Shown: positions 34,450-44,128 of the stretch, in pieces
How positions within the stretch are numbered: the stretch's first letter is position 1
Layout: the number at the start of each line of letters is the position of its first letter
Origin: Phycisphaera mikurensis NBRC 102666
GTDB taxonomy: Bacteria > Planctomycetota > Phycisphaerae > Phycisphaerales > SM1A02
NCBI GenBank assembly: GCA_945877905.1
Contig: CAMDUT010000001.1
Coordinates: 1 to 61,365, forward strand
Direction of reading: 5' to 3'
DNA length: 61,365 bases
Program-made: the position numbers and the translations under genes
Notes under the pieces: generated by a model
Told to the model about the DNA's origin: nothing
The model's database searches: none
The model's input: only the letters and a program-made list of their open reading frames with translations

Positions 34450-35856
34450 ATGAAGAAGTGTCCGTCGATTCCATCCATCGCGCCTCGGTCGCGCGCCGCC
34501 GCCGCGGCAGCAGCCATCGGGTGCGCCCTCCTGCAAGGCTGCCAGCAGTACGAACCGAGGCCGGTCGACGTCGCCGCGCACCGAGCCGACTTCCTCGCCC
34601 GGACCCCTGACCTGGCAAGCGGGCCCGGTTCCGGAACCGCCGCGACCCCGGCTCGGCCAGCAGGCCTGCCTGCGCTGACGCTCGAGGACGCCGAGCGCGT
34701 GGCGCTCTACTTCAACGCAACGCTCCGACGCGCCCGTCGCGAGGCGGGGATCGCGCTGGCGGCATCCGAGAACGGCGGCCTCTGGACCGACCCGACGGTG
34801 TCGCTCGAGTTCACCCGCATCCTGCAGACCGTCAGCAACCCGAACGAGCTCTTCGGCGGCTTCAACCTGAGCATCCCGATCTCAGGCCGGCTGGAGATCG
34901 AGAAGGCCCGGCTCGGACTTGAGCATGCCACCGCCCTGGCCGACGTGGCCCGGCTCGAGTGGTCGACCCGCATGGAACTCCGGCGCACGTGGACCCAATG
35001 GACCGCCTTGCGCCGCCAGCTCGATGCCGTGCTGCAGTTCTCGGGGTTCGTCTCCGGAGTCGTCGCCGTGGTCGACGCCATGGCGACGACCGGCGAGGTG
35101 GCCCGCATCGAGGCGCGCCTGTTCAGGCTCGAGCAGATGTCCGCGAGCGTGGAAGTGCAGCGGCTCGAGGCGCAGCGTCGCCAGGCCGAGCTCTCGATCA
35201 TGCGGCTGCTGGGCCTGCCCCCGAGCTTCATCGCACGGCTCGAGCCGTCGGATCTCTCGCCCGGGTCGACGGCGGCGCTCGATCCGGATTCCGAGGCCGT
35301 GCAGCGCCGCATCCTCGATTCGAGCCCGTCGCTCCTGGTAGCGAAGGCCGAGTACGAGGTCGCGGAACTACGCCTCAAGGAGGAGGTCGCGCGGCAGCTC
35401 CCCGACCTGCAGGTGAGCCCGAACTACGGCACGCAGAACGCCGAGCGCCAGTTCCTTCTCGGCCTCGCGATCCCGCTGCCGATCCTCAATGGCAACCGGC
35501 AGGCGATCGCGGAGGCCTTCGCCGCTCGCGAGGCAGCCCGGGTCGACATCGAGCTCGAGCTCGAGACCGCCATCGCCGCGGTGGCGTTCAGGCACTCCGA
35601 GCTCCGTGCGGCCTCGATGCAGCGGGAGATCTTCGCGCGCGACCTCGTGCCGCTGGCGGAGCTGCAGTACAGCGAGGCGCGGGAAGTCGCGAGGCTGGGC
35701 GAAGTGAACACGCTGGCGCTGCTCGAGGGACTGAAGCGCCGCAAGGAGGCGCAGACCGGCCTGATCGCTGCACAGCGGGACGAGGCCATCGCCGCAATCG
35801 GCATCGAGGAGGTGGTCGGCGCGCCCGCCGGCCAGGTTGCAGGAGGAACCAGATGA
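34450..35856 (+). CDS. TolC-family outer-membrane efflux lipoprotein (CzcC/CusC-like)
   Basis: Lipobox ALLQGC. OEP repeats: LTLEDAERVALYFNATLRRARRE..., LPDLQVSPNYG, VEIARLEAQ... Confidence 0.85.
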   Translation: MKKCPSIPSIAPRSRAAAAAAAIGCALLQGCQQYEPRPVDVAAHRADFLARTPDLASGPGSGTAATPARPAGLPALTLEDAERVALYFNATLRRARREAGIALAASENGGLWTDPTVSLEFTRILQTVSNPNELFGGFNLSIPISGRLEIEKARLGLEHATALADVARLEWSTRMELRRTWTQWTALRRQLDAVLQFSGFVSGVVAVVDAMATTGEVARIEARLFRLEQMSASVEVQRLEAQRRQAELSIMRLLGLPPSFIARLEPSDLSPGSTAALDPDSEAVQRRILDSSPSLLVAKAEYEVAELRLKEEVARQLPDLQVSPNYGTQNAERQFLLGLAIPLPILNGNRQAIAEAFAAREAARVDIELELETAIAAVAFRHSELRAASMQREIFARDLVPLAELQYSEAREVARLGEVNTLALLEGLKRRKEAQTGLIAAQRDEAIAAIGIEEVVGAPAGQVAGGTR

Positions 35857-37238
35857 ACCCGAGCGGACACCGATTCCGCGTGCGAACCGCACCACGCTTC
35901 GCCACCGCCTTCCTTGCGATTGCATCGCTCGTTGCGATGCCCATCGGAGGTTGCTCCCGAGAACCGGATCCCGCCCCGGCCGCGCCCGCGACGGCGCCGG
36001 CACAGGCAGCGGCACCGACAAATCGCGTCGACATCCCCGAGTCGGTCCGTCGCAACCTGGGCATCACGTTCGCGCGGGTCGAACCGCGGACCGTGGAACG
36101 GACGCTCCGGGTCCCTGGCAGGTTCGAGCTCGTCCCTTCCGCACGACGGGAGTACCGAAGCCCCGTGGAGGGAACGGTCGAGGTGCTCGTTTCCCAGCAC
36201 CAGCGCGTCGAGGCCGGCACGCCACTCTTCCGGGTCAATTCCCCCGAGCTCGTCCAGCTGCGCGACGACACCGCCGCGGCACGCGCACGCCTCGATGCCT
36301 GCGAGCCCATGAAGCGGGCACACGAGGCGCACCGGGAGAGCCTTGGCGCCCAGGCGAAGCTCTGGGCCGAACGCGTCGCCCAGCTCGAACGCATCCGGGA
36401 TGCCGGCGGCGGAGGTGCGTCGCAGATCGCGGCGGCTCGCGCCGAGCTCGGCACCGTCCAGATCGCGCTGGCAGAGGTGGCGGCCGAGGAAGCGGAACTG
36501 GAATCGACGCGGCGGGTCGCAGAGTCCGGCCTTCGCGCGCTCGTAGCACGCCGGTCGCTGCTGCTGGCGGGGACCGGCTGCGCCGAGGCCGCGCAGGCGG
36601 GCGATGGCACGCTGGTCGTCTGCGCCGGGGCATCCGGACAGGTGGACCAGGTTCCTGCCACGCAGGGCGGGAGGATCGACCGCTCGGGGCTCGTGGCCAC
36701 CGTGATCGACCCTGCCCAGGTGCGGTTCCGTGCCAAGGCGCTGCAGTCGGACCTCGGCCGGCTGCGTGACGGGATGCGCGCCCGGATCGCCGTCGGGTCG
36801 GCGACCGCCGCGACGGACGCCGCGATCGCCGGGCCACTGACGGTCGCGCCGGTCGCAGACGCCGATGCGCGGACGATCGAGCTCCTCGTCGTTCCCGAGG
36901 CGCTCACGCCGTGGGCGCGTGCGGGCATCGCGGGCACGCTCGAGCTTCCGCTCGAGGGAGCGTCGGAGGAACTGGCGATCCCGCTCTCCGCGGTGGTGCG
37001 CGATGGCGCCATGCCGATCATCTTCCGGCGCGACCCGGCGAACCCGGACCGCGCCTTCCGGCTCGATGCGGACCTCGGGCCGAGCGACGGCCAGTGGATC
37101 TCGATCCTCAGCGGCGTGCGCGAGGGCGACGAGGTCGTGGTCGCAGGCAGCCACCAGCTGATGCTTGCGACCAGCGGCACCGCGGCCAAGGGCGGCCACT
37201 TCCACCCCGACGGCACCTTCCACGAAGGAGAGGACTGA
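35853..37238 (+). CDS. RND efflux periplasmic adaptor (membrane fusion protein, CzcB/CusB-like)
   Basis: ATGA overlap with the upstream gene and an AGGAGGA RBS. Sequence: LRVPGRFELVPSARREYRSPVEGTVEVLVSQHQRVEAGTPLFRV. Also a coiled-coil hairpin and a C-terminal barrel (ELAIPLSAVVRDGAMPIIFR). The tail is GGHFHPDGTFHEGED. Confidence 0.85.
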   Translation: MNPSGHRFRVRTAPRFATAFLAIASLVAMPIGGCSREPDPAPAAPATAPAQAAAPTNRVDIPESVRRNLGITFARVEPRTVERTLRVPGRFELVPSARREYRSPVEGTVEVLVSQHQRVEAGTPLFRVNSPELVQLRDDTAAARARLDACEPMKRAHEAHRESLGAQAKLWAERVAQLERIRDAGGGGASQIAAARAELGTVQIALAEVAAEEAELESTRRVAESGLRALVARRSLLLAGTGCAEAAQAGDGTLVVCAGASGQVDQVPATQGGRIDRSGLVATVIDPAQVRFRAKALQSDLGRLRDGMRARIAVGSATAATDAAIAGPLTVAPVADADARTIELLVVPEALTPWARAGIAGTLELPLEGASEELAIPLSAVVRDGAMPIIFRRDPANPDRAFRLDADLGPSDGQWISILSGVREGDEVVVAGSHQLMLATSGTAAKGGHFHPDGTFHEGED

Positions 37239-37239
37239 C

Positions 37240-40200
37240 GTGCTGCAGCGGCTCATCGGGATCTCCCTTCGGCTTCCGTCCCTGGTGCTCGTGCTAGCGG
37301 GCATGCTGCTGGTGTTCGCCGGTGTGCGCCTCGGCGACATGCCGGTCGACGTGTTCCCGGAGCTCAACGCCCCGACCGTAGTCGTGATGACGGAGGCGGG
37401 CGGGCTGGCCGCGGACGAGGTGGAGACCAACGTCACCTTCCCGGTCGAGAGCGCGCTCAACGGCCTGCCCGGGACGCGCCGCGTGCGCTCGGCGAGCGCC
37501 ACGAGCCTGTCCATCGTGTGGGCGGAGTTCGACTGGGGCACCGACCTCTATCGCGCCAGGCAGCTGGTGTCGGAGCGGATCTCCGCCGTCCGGGAGGAGC
37601 TCCCGCCGGGCACCCATGCCGAGATCATGCCGATCACGAGCATCACCGGCGAGGTGATGCTCTTCGCACTGTCGTCGCCGGACGGGCGGGTATCGCCGCT
37701 CGAGGTCCGAAGCCTCGCGGAATTCGAGCTGAGGCAGAAGCTCCTCGCCGTGCCCGGGGTGGCGCAGGTGGTGGCGATTGGGGGCGAGCTGCCGCAGTAC
37801 GAGGTCGCCGTCCGCCAGGACCGCCTCGATGCCTTCGGGCTCACGGTGCGCGACGTCACGGAAGCGGCCCGCCGCGCCCACAGCACGGCGAGCGCCGGGT
37901 ACCTACCGAACGTCGAAAACCAGGAGCTGCCCATTCGCCAGATGGCAAAGGTCCGCGGCGTCGAGGACATCCGCGCGGCGCTGGTCGTGCTCCGCGACGG
38001 GCTTCCGGTGACGATCGGGGACGTGGCCGACGTCAGGCTTGGGGCCTCGCCGAAGCGGGGCACCGCCGCGGATTCCGGCCTGCCGGCCGTGGTCGTGAGC
38101 GTGCAGAAGTCCCCCGGGACGAACACCTTCGACCTGACCCGGCGGATCGATGCCGTCCTCGACCAGTTCGAGCCGACCATGCCCGACGGACTGATCCTCA
38201 ACAGGGACCCTTTTCGCGCCTCGCGGTTCATCGAGCGGTCGGTCAACAACGTGGTCCGCGTCCTCGTCGAGGCGAGCATCGTGGTCGCGGTGATCCTTGT
38301 CCTCTTCCTGATGGACTTCCGTGCCACGGTCGTCACGCTCACTGCCTTGCCCCTGTCGCTCGCCGCGGCGCTGCTGGTGCTCTGGGCGCTCGGGATGTCG
38401 CTCAACGTCATGACGCTCGGCGGGCTTGCGGTCGCAATCGGCGAGCTGGTCGACGACGCCATCATCGACGTCGAGAACGTGCTGCGCAGGCTCAGGCAGA
38501 ACCGGTCGCTGCCGCCCGACCGGCGGCGCCCCGCCGTACAGGTGATCTTTGACGCCAGCAACGAGATCCGCTCGTCGGTGGTGTTCGCCACGGTCATCAT
38601 CTGCATCGTCTTCGTGCCGCTGCTCTTCCTGCAGGGCGTCGAGGGTCGCTTCTTCCAGCCGCTCGGGATCGCGTACATCGTCTCGATCATGGCATCGCTC
38701 GTCGTGGCGCTGACCGTGACCCCGGCGCTCTGCCGGGTGCTCTTCGCGCGTTCGTATGGCATGACACGGGAGGCTCCGTCGGCGGGCGACGCCGGCCACG
38801 GGGACGGACTGCTGGCTCGGGCGCTCAAGCGCGCCTACGCGCCGCTCCTCTCCGCGTCGCTGAGGCTCCGTTGGTGGGTGATCTCGGGCGCGATGGTCCT
38901 CGCGGGGCTCTCGGTGGTGCTGGCGTCGACATTCGGGAGCTCGTTCCTCCCGAGCTTCCGTGAAGGCACCTTCAACGTCTTCCTGATGGCTCCCCCGGGG
39001 ACGTCGCTTGCGGAGAGCGACCGGCTCGCGGGGAGCATCGAGCGCCAGCTGATGGCCGTCGATGGGGTGCACAGCGTGACTCGGCGCACGGGCCGCGCCG
39101 AGCGCGACGAGCATGCCGAGCCGGTGAGCAACTCCGAGATCGAGGTGACCGTCGATGCCGATGCCGACCAGGAGGCCGTGCGCGAGGCGATTGACCGCAT
39201 CGTGCGGAACATCCCGTCGATCTCGGTCATGGTCGGCCAACCGATCGAGCACCGGCTGTCGCACGTCCTGTCTGGCACGCCGGCGGCGATCGCAATCAGC
39301 ATCTACGGCGACGACCTCGACACGTTGCGCGGGGTGGCACGGAAGGTCGAGACGGCCCTGCGCACGATCCCGGGGACGCGCGACGTGGCCGCCAACCGCG
39401 AGGTCATGATCACGTCGCTTCCGATCCGGTACCGGCCGGCAGCGCTGGCGGTGCATGGCCTCTCGCCTGCGGACGCCGCGGAGCAGGTCCAGGAAGCGCT
39501 CCAAGGCGTACAGGTCGCGAGCGTGAACCACGGGATACGTCGCTTCGACATGGTGGTCCGCCTCGCCGAGAGCGAGCGCCAGAGGCTGGATCAAGTGATG
39601 GACCTCCGGCTGCGTGGCTCCGGGGGCGGGCTCGTGCGGCTCCGGGACGTCGCCGACATCGGGCCCGAGCGGACCAGCAACCTCATCACGCGGGAGAACT
39701 CCCAGCGAAAGGCGCTGGTCACCACGAACGTCGGGCCCGGCCACGACCTCGGAGGGTTGGTGGCAGCCGTGCGTTCGCAGGTCGACCCGATCGTCCGGGA
39801 GGCAGGGTGCACGGTGCACTACGGGGGACAGTTCGAGGCCCAGCAGTCGGCCAGCCGCACCATCTGGATGATGGGCGCCGGCATCGTGGTCGTGATGTTC
39901 CTGCTGCTCCAGGCATCGACGGGCGGGGCGTCCACGGCGGCGCTGGTGATGCTCAACCTGCCGCTCGCCCTGATCGGTGGCGTGATCGCCGTGTTCGTCA
40001 GCGAGTCGCCCGACATCGGGTCGAACGCGGCCGCCCTGCTTGGGCTCGGGGAGAACCGGTACGTCGCGCCGGTGCTCTCGATCGCCAGCATGGTCGGGTT
40101 CGTCACGCTGTTCGGCATCGCGGTCCGCAACGGCATCCTGCTCGTCAACCACTACGAGCACCTGCGGATGAACGAGGGATGCTCGGCGCAGGAAGCCGTC

Positions 40201-40458
40201 GTCCGCGGCTCCGTGGAACGCTTGATTCCGATCCTCATGACTGCATTGACCGCCGCGCTCGGCCTTCTGCCGCTCGCCCTCGCCGGGAACGCCCCGGGCA
40301 GCGAGTTGCTCGCGCCGCTCGCGACCGTCGTGCTGGGCGGGCTGCTCTCGTCCACCATCCTCAATCTCGTTGTCGTCCCGGTCGGCTACTCGCTCTTCTC
40401 GCGAGGTCGCCGGGCGGATACCCACCCCGCGTCCCTGGTCCAAGGAGCTCCATCATGA
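37240..40458 (+). CDS. CusA/CzcA-family heavy-metal efflux RND permease
   Basis: GTG start after a GAAGGAGAGGA RBS. Sequence: DVFPELNAPTVVVMTEAGGLAADEVETNVTFPVESALNGLPG. TM4 region: LGGLAVAIGELVDDAIIDVENVLRRL. 12-TM architecture, roughly 1070 aa. Confidence 0.9.
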   Translation: MLQRLIGISLRLPSLVLVLAGMLLVFAGVRLGDMPVDVFPELNAPTVVVMTEAGGLAADEVETNVTFPVESALNGLPGTRRVRSASATSLSIVWAEFDWGTDLYRARQLVSERISAVREELPPGTHAEIMPITSITGEVMLFALSSPDGRVSPLEVRSLAEFELRQKLLAVPGVAQVVAIGGELPQYEVAVRQDRLDAFGLTVRDVTEAARRAHSTASAGYLPNVENQELPIRQMAKVRGVEDIRAALVVLRDGLPVTIGDVADVRLGASPKRGTAADSGLPAVVVSVQKSPGTNTFDLTRRIDAVLDQFEPTMPDGLILNRDPFRASRFIERSVNNVVRVLVEASIVVAVILVLFLMDFRATVVTLTALPLSLAAALLVLWALGMSLNVMTLGGLAVAIGELVDDAIIDVENVLRRLRQNRSLPPDRRRPAVQVIFDASNEIRSSVVFATVIICIVFVPLLFLQGVEGRFFQPLGIAYIVSIMASLVVALTVTPALCRVLFARSYGMTREAPSAGDAGHGDGLLARALKRAYAPLLSASLRLRWWVISGAMVLAGLSVVLASTFGSSFLPSFREGTFNVFLMAPPGTSLAESDRLAGSIERQLMAVDGVHSVTRRTGRAERDEHAEPVSNSEIEVTVDADADQEAVREAIDRIVRNIPSISVMVGQPIEHRLSHVLSGTPAAIAISIYGDDLDTLRGVARKVETALRTIPGTRDVAANREVMITSLPIRYRPAALAVHGLSPADAAEQVQEALQGVQVASVNHGIRRFDMVVRLAESERQRLDQVMDLRLRGSGGGLVRLRDVADIGPERTSNLITRENSQRKALVTTNVGPGHDLGGLVAAVRSQVDPIVREAGCTVHYGGQFEAQQSASRTIWMMGAGIVVVMFLLLQASTGGASTAALVMLNLPLALIGGVIAVFVSESPDIGSNAAALLGLGENRYVAPVLSIASMVGFVTLFGIAVRNGILLVNHYEHLRMNEGCSAQEAVVRGSVERLIPILMTALTAALGLLPLALAGNAPGSELLAPLATVVLGGLLSSTILNLVVVPVGYSLFSRGRRADTHPASLVQGAPS

Positions 40459-40997
40459 ACCGCCACCTCCCGAGCATGCTCTCCGTCCTCGCTGCCGCCA
40501 CCCTCGCACTGGTGCCCGCCGGATGCGGGGATTCGAAGCCTTCGAGCGGTGCCAAGGCCGCCGCGAAGGACGACCCCGGGCACGACCACGGCTCCGGCGG
40601 TGGCCGTGACGGACATGACCACGCTCCGGCAAAGCCGGCGGCTGCGGCCGACGCCGATGACAATGGCCACGCCCACGGGCCGGCCGTGCAGCTCGGCGAG
40701 CAGCAGGTCGCGGGCTTCACGGTGCGTGCCTCGCGTGACGGTGCCATCGCCGGGGCAGCCGACGCGCCGATCGACGTCTGGATCGCCGGCGGTCCGGCAA
40801 AGGTCGTGTCCGTGCGGTTCTGGATCGGCACGCAGGATGCGAAGGGGTCCGTGAAGGCGAAGGCCGCCCTCGAGAAGGACAATTGGCATACCCACGCGGA
40901 ACTCCCTTCGCCGATGCCGGCCGAGAGCAAGCTCTGGGTTGAATTCGAGGTCGAGGGCGGCGCCAAGCACGTCGCCGGGTTCGATCTCAAGGCCTGA
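40455..40997 (+). CDS. His-rich lipoprotein, putative periplasmic metal-binding or chaperone protein
   Basis: ATGA overlap with the RND gene. Lipobox LVPAGC. Then DDPGHDHGSGGGRDGHDHAP...DDNGHAHGP, followed by a beta-rich C-terminal domain. Confidence 0.75.
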   Translation: MNRHLPSMLSVLAAATLALVPAGCGDSKPSSGAKAAAKDDPGHDHGSGGGRDGHDHAPAKPAAAADADDNGHAHGPAVQLGEQQVAGFTVRASRDGAIAGAADAPIDVWIAGGPAKVVSVRFWIGTQDAKGSVKAKAALEKDNWHTHAELPSPMPAESKLWVEFEVEGGAKHVAGFDLKA

Positions 40998-41490
40998 ACG
41001 CGGTGCTTGAGTGGACCCGGGGCGTGTATGTGCACGCTTCACCCCGGATCGCCACCTCGAAGTGCGCGTCCCGCGTCTGCAGGTAGTGCTTCGCCGCCAC
41101 CAGCGGGCTGTGGCCGAGCCACTTGGCAACCACGTGGGCGGGCAGGGCCTCGGCCCAGTCGGTGGCGCAGCTGGCGCGCATGTTGTGGAAGAGGCGTGGC
41201 CAGGGCTCGTAGCCCGCGCGGGCGATCAGCTTCATGAACGTGGTGCGCAGGTTCGTGGTCGGGTCGGTGAGGCGCGGCACGACGGCCTCGCTGCCTTCGG
41301 GCGCCTGATCGAACAGCGCCTGCAGGATGGGCCGAAGCTCCGGCGTCATCGGCACGATGCGCACCGCGTGGCCGTCGTGGGCGGCGGTCTTCGGGCTACG
41401 CGCGGTCATCAGGCTGCGCTCGCAGTTGATGGCGCCAGAGCCGAACTCGGAAATCTCGGTAGGGCAGCAGAGGAGTCGTCCGAATCGCGC
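40987..41490 (-). pseudogene. Tyrosine recombinase (integrase), C-terminal catalytic fragment only
   Basis: Contains LFHNMRASCATDW (HxxR), WLGHS and KHYLQ (catalytic Tyr). It lacks the N-terminal SAM-like domain. The upstream part of ORF 40987..41574 degenerates and is occupied by a terminator hairpin. Confidence 0.75.
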
Positions 41491-41494
41491 ATGC

Positions 41495-41540
41495 AAAAGA
41501 GAAACCCCTCGCGGGGTGTGTCCCAGCGAGGGGGATTTTG
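41495..41540 (-). terminator. Intrinsic terminator of the PEP-CTERM gene 41597..42286
   Basis: On the minus strand: cccctcgc-(13 nt)-gcgagggg followed by tttctctttt. Confidence 0.65.
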
Positions 41541-41596
41541 GTGCGACGGAACGGGCCGCTGGCGGAAACCGCACTGAGCCGATGCGTTCGTGCCGC

Positions 41597-42286
41597 TCAG
41601 CGACGACGGCGCGCGGCGAGACCCGCGAGGCCGAGCAGTGCTGCCGCGCCAGGCGCCGGAACGATCGCGTTGCCCGTCACGCTGATGTTGTCGATGCGGT
41701 TGGTGCCGGCACCGAGGTTGAGGCCGGTTGCGATGAACCGAAGGATGACGGAGGAATCGCTTGCGCCCACAAGCAAGGGAGTCGAAAGCGTGAACTGAGG
41801 CTGTCGAGCACTGGATGAGCTCCACGCGTTCGTGCCCGACAGGACGGCTCCCGCCTGGATGACCGAGTAGCTGAGTGCGGTCGTGAACGAATTCCCTCCG
41901 TCGACGCTGAAATCGACGCGGAAATCAGACGGACCCGTGCCGGATCGGGTCTGGTCCCATTCGACTGAGATGGACTCGTAGCCCACTGTCGAGAACGCGA
42001 TCTGGTAGTAGTCGCCCTGTGACCACTTGTCGCTCGAGAGCGAGTAGGTCGATCCGTTTCCGGCCGGCGTGGTCCACGCCGCGGCGGCCTGTGCATGAAA
42101 ACCGCTCAGCATCGTGCCAGCGGTCAGCGCGCCCTGATCGGCGGCGCCATAGCTGAACGCGGAGCCCGTGGTGGGCGTTGAGATAGCGGTGGTGATGGAC
42201 CAGCCGGCGATCAGTTCCGCGTTCGCGGAGGTTCCAATGACGGACACAAGCGAAGTCGCGACGAAGACGAGCGCTGCAGTGCGCAT
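41597..42286 (-). CDS. PEP-CTERM sorting-domain secreted protein (island cargo)
   Basis: Signal MRTAALVFVATSLVSVIGTSANA. C-terminus IVPAPGAAALLGLAGLAARRRR. Confidence 0.85.
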   Translation of the reverse strand: MRTAALVFVATSLVSVIGTSANAELIAGWSITTAISTPTTGSAFSYGAADQGALTAGTMLSGFHAQAAAAWTTPAGNGSTYSLSSDKWSQGDYYQIAFSTVGYESISVEWDQTRSGTGPSDFRVDFSVDGGNSFTTALSYSVIQAGAVLSGTNAWSSSSARQPQFTLSTPLLVGASDSSVILRFIATGLNLGAGTNRIDNISVTGNAIVPAPGAAALLGLAGLAARRRR

Positions 42287-42511
42287 GCCAAACTCCTCAG
42301 ATTGCGCGGTGGGGGGTCGTGATGGGGAAGACCATCAACGGCCCACGCGCGGTTCCACAGCCGAGTCCGTCGGCGCGCGGCCCAGATCTGACGCTCCACT
42401 CCTCTGCGGGTGTAACGCGAAGTGCGAGTCGCTCCAACACGCGACATGGATCAGTTGGCGATTCCGCGTCTTCCGAGGCATTGGGGTGCCTCTGAAGACA
42501 ACATCATGTCT

Positions 42512-43789
42512 CTAGCGTCGTTTCGGAAGCGGCCAGTCGGCCACGATCGATGCCCCGAGCGCCGGATGCTTCACAGAGGCGCGGAACAGACGGAAATCCC
42601 GCAACTCGGCGCCGATCTGCGCCGCGCCGCGATCAAGGAGCATTCGATAGCGTTCGTTGTCTTCGCGAATCGCAGGTCCCAGGCTCGATGACTTGCTGCC
42701 CAGCAGCACTCCGTCGGGAAGAGGACTCGGCAGCGGCGCGGAAGGCGCCGCGGGATGAGGGATGATGGACGAAACCTCTCGGCACGACACGGTGAAATCG
42801 GGAGTCGGCAGGGACCGATGAACCCAGATGTCGAGTGTCGCTCGGCGTGTTGGCGCGGAGATCCTCATCGACAGCGAGCCAAAGGCGTGGCGGTCCTTGG
42901 CCCAGACATCCCCCGCGCTCCGCACCACCTCGAGGAACGAGAGCGTCTCCGGCACGCCAGGCCGCGGAAGGAAGGTGCAGTAGCGAAGGGGCTGGCCACG
43001 ATCGAACTCGATGGCTTCAAACTGATCGGCGTGAATGCCGACCGTCGAGAGCTCGGGCAGGAACCCGGGCGCCTGCTGCATGGTGGTGGCACCAGATGCG
43101 CGGACATCGATCTCGGAGCTGCCTTCCCAGCGTGCGATGGGCGAGTACACGATGGCACGCAGATTCGGTCGGAAGCAGCGGGGGCCGACGATCATGGCGC
43201 ATGCGGAGACGTGCACTCGCTCGCGATTCTCGTCGGGCGCAAGGAGAAATGCGCCGACCCGCAGCTCGAGCGATGTCCCGACCCGATCCGAATCCTCGTC
43301 GAAGCGTTGCGCGAGCCGGGCGACACCGGTTACGCGTGGCACCTTTGCCAGTGGCCTGGACGGCCCCGACGTCGCGGGTCCGCCAAGGCCTGCTTCCGCG
43401 GCCTGCTTCTCGGCCGACGCTCGTGCAGCGAGGAGTGCCGTTGCGATCGCTGAGACTTGGTCGGCAAGCGCCCGCGATGGGCTGTGCGCGCGCACCGCGT
43501 CGAGCATGGTTTGCATGCCACGAGACTTTGGGAGCACCCGTAGAAGCGCGGCGGCCGATGGCGCCGTGCTCATGCGCCACAGTTTCCAACCAAGCGATTT
43601 GTCGAGGCCGAGTCGTCGCGCGAAGTCGCGCGAACTCCTGCCACGCTCGATGTGCTTCTCAAGGGTGGTGGCGAGCGAGTCGCGCAGCGCGACGGCGAGT
43701 TCTTCTTCGGACGATGGAAGCGGAGTGGTCACGCAGGATCTCAAGCAACAAAGTCGATTTCGCAGCAGGTCGCGACCGGTACGCGACAC
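42512..43789 (-). CDS. Orphan protein with a putative N-terminal helix-turn-helix
   Basis: 425-aa ORF with normal composition in a less GC-rich stretch. SSRDFARRLGLDKSLGWKLWRMS resembles an XRE-type HTH. I do not recognise the remainder. The start is uncertain. Confidence 0.6.
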   Translation of the reverse strand: MSRTGRDLLRNRLCCLRSCVTTPLPSSEEELAVALRDSLATTLEKHIERGRSSRDFARRLGLDKSLGWKLWRMSTAPSAAALLRVLPKSRGMQTMLDAVRAHSPSRALADQVSAIATALLAARASAEKQAAEAGLGGPATSGPSRPLAKVPRVTGVARLAQRFDEDSDRVGTSLELRVGAFLLAPDENRERVHVSACAMIVGPRCFRPNLRAIVYSPIARWEGSSEIDVRASGATTMQQAPGFLPELSTVGIHADQFEAIEFDRGQPLRYCTFLPRPGVPETLSFLEVVRSAGDVWAKDRHAFGSLSMRISAPTRRATLDIWVHRSLPTPDFTVSCREVSSIIPHPAAPSAPLPSPLPDGVLLGSKSSSLGPAIREDNERYRMLLDRGAAQIGAELRDFRLFRASVKHPALGASIVADWPLPKRR

Positions 43790-44128
43790 CCGTGCGAATG
43801 GAATCTACTCCACGCAAGCAGCGTGCACACGACGGATGGCGCGGCGCGATGACGCGGCAAGTCCTGCGTTCCAGAGCGCAATCGCGCACTCCCAGCCAAG
43901 CGCTCTCTGCGTCGTCTTGATGCGGCGAGGTGGACGAGCCAAACACCTTTCGTCCTTCGGTCCCGCTTACGAGTGATACGCGCTTGAACCCGACCTCGGC
44001 TGTCGGGCGAGTGACTCCCTGCTGCAGCAGAGATGCCGGAGACCTGCACTCTTGGTTTAGTCCGTGCCTTGAATTGTTTGGCGACAGCGAGCAGCTTGAG
44101 GTTTAGCCCGATGCTCCTTCCCCTGAAT

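Noticed and set aside
40987-41574. Intact 195-aa integrase ORF as listed in the track.
   Set aside because: The N-terminal ~30 codons overlap an intrinsic terminator and have degenerate similarity. There is no N-terminal core-binding domain. I called it a pseudogene fragment.
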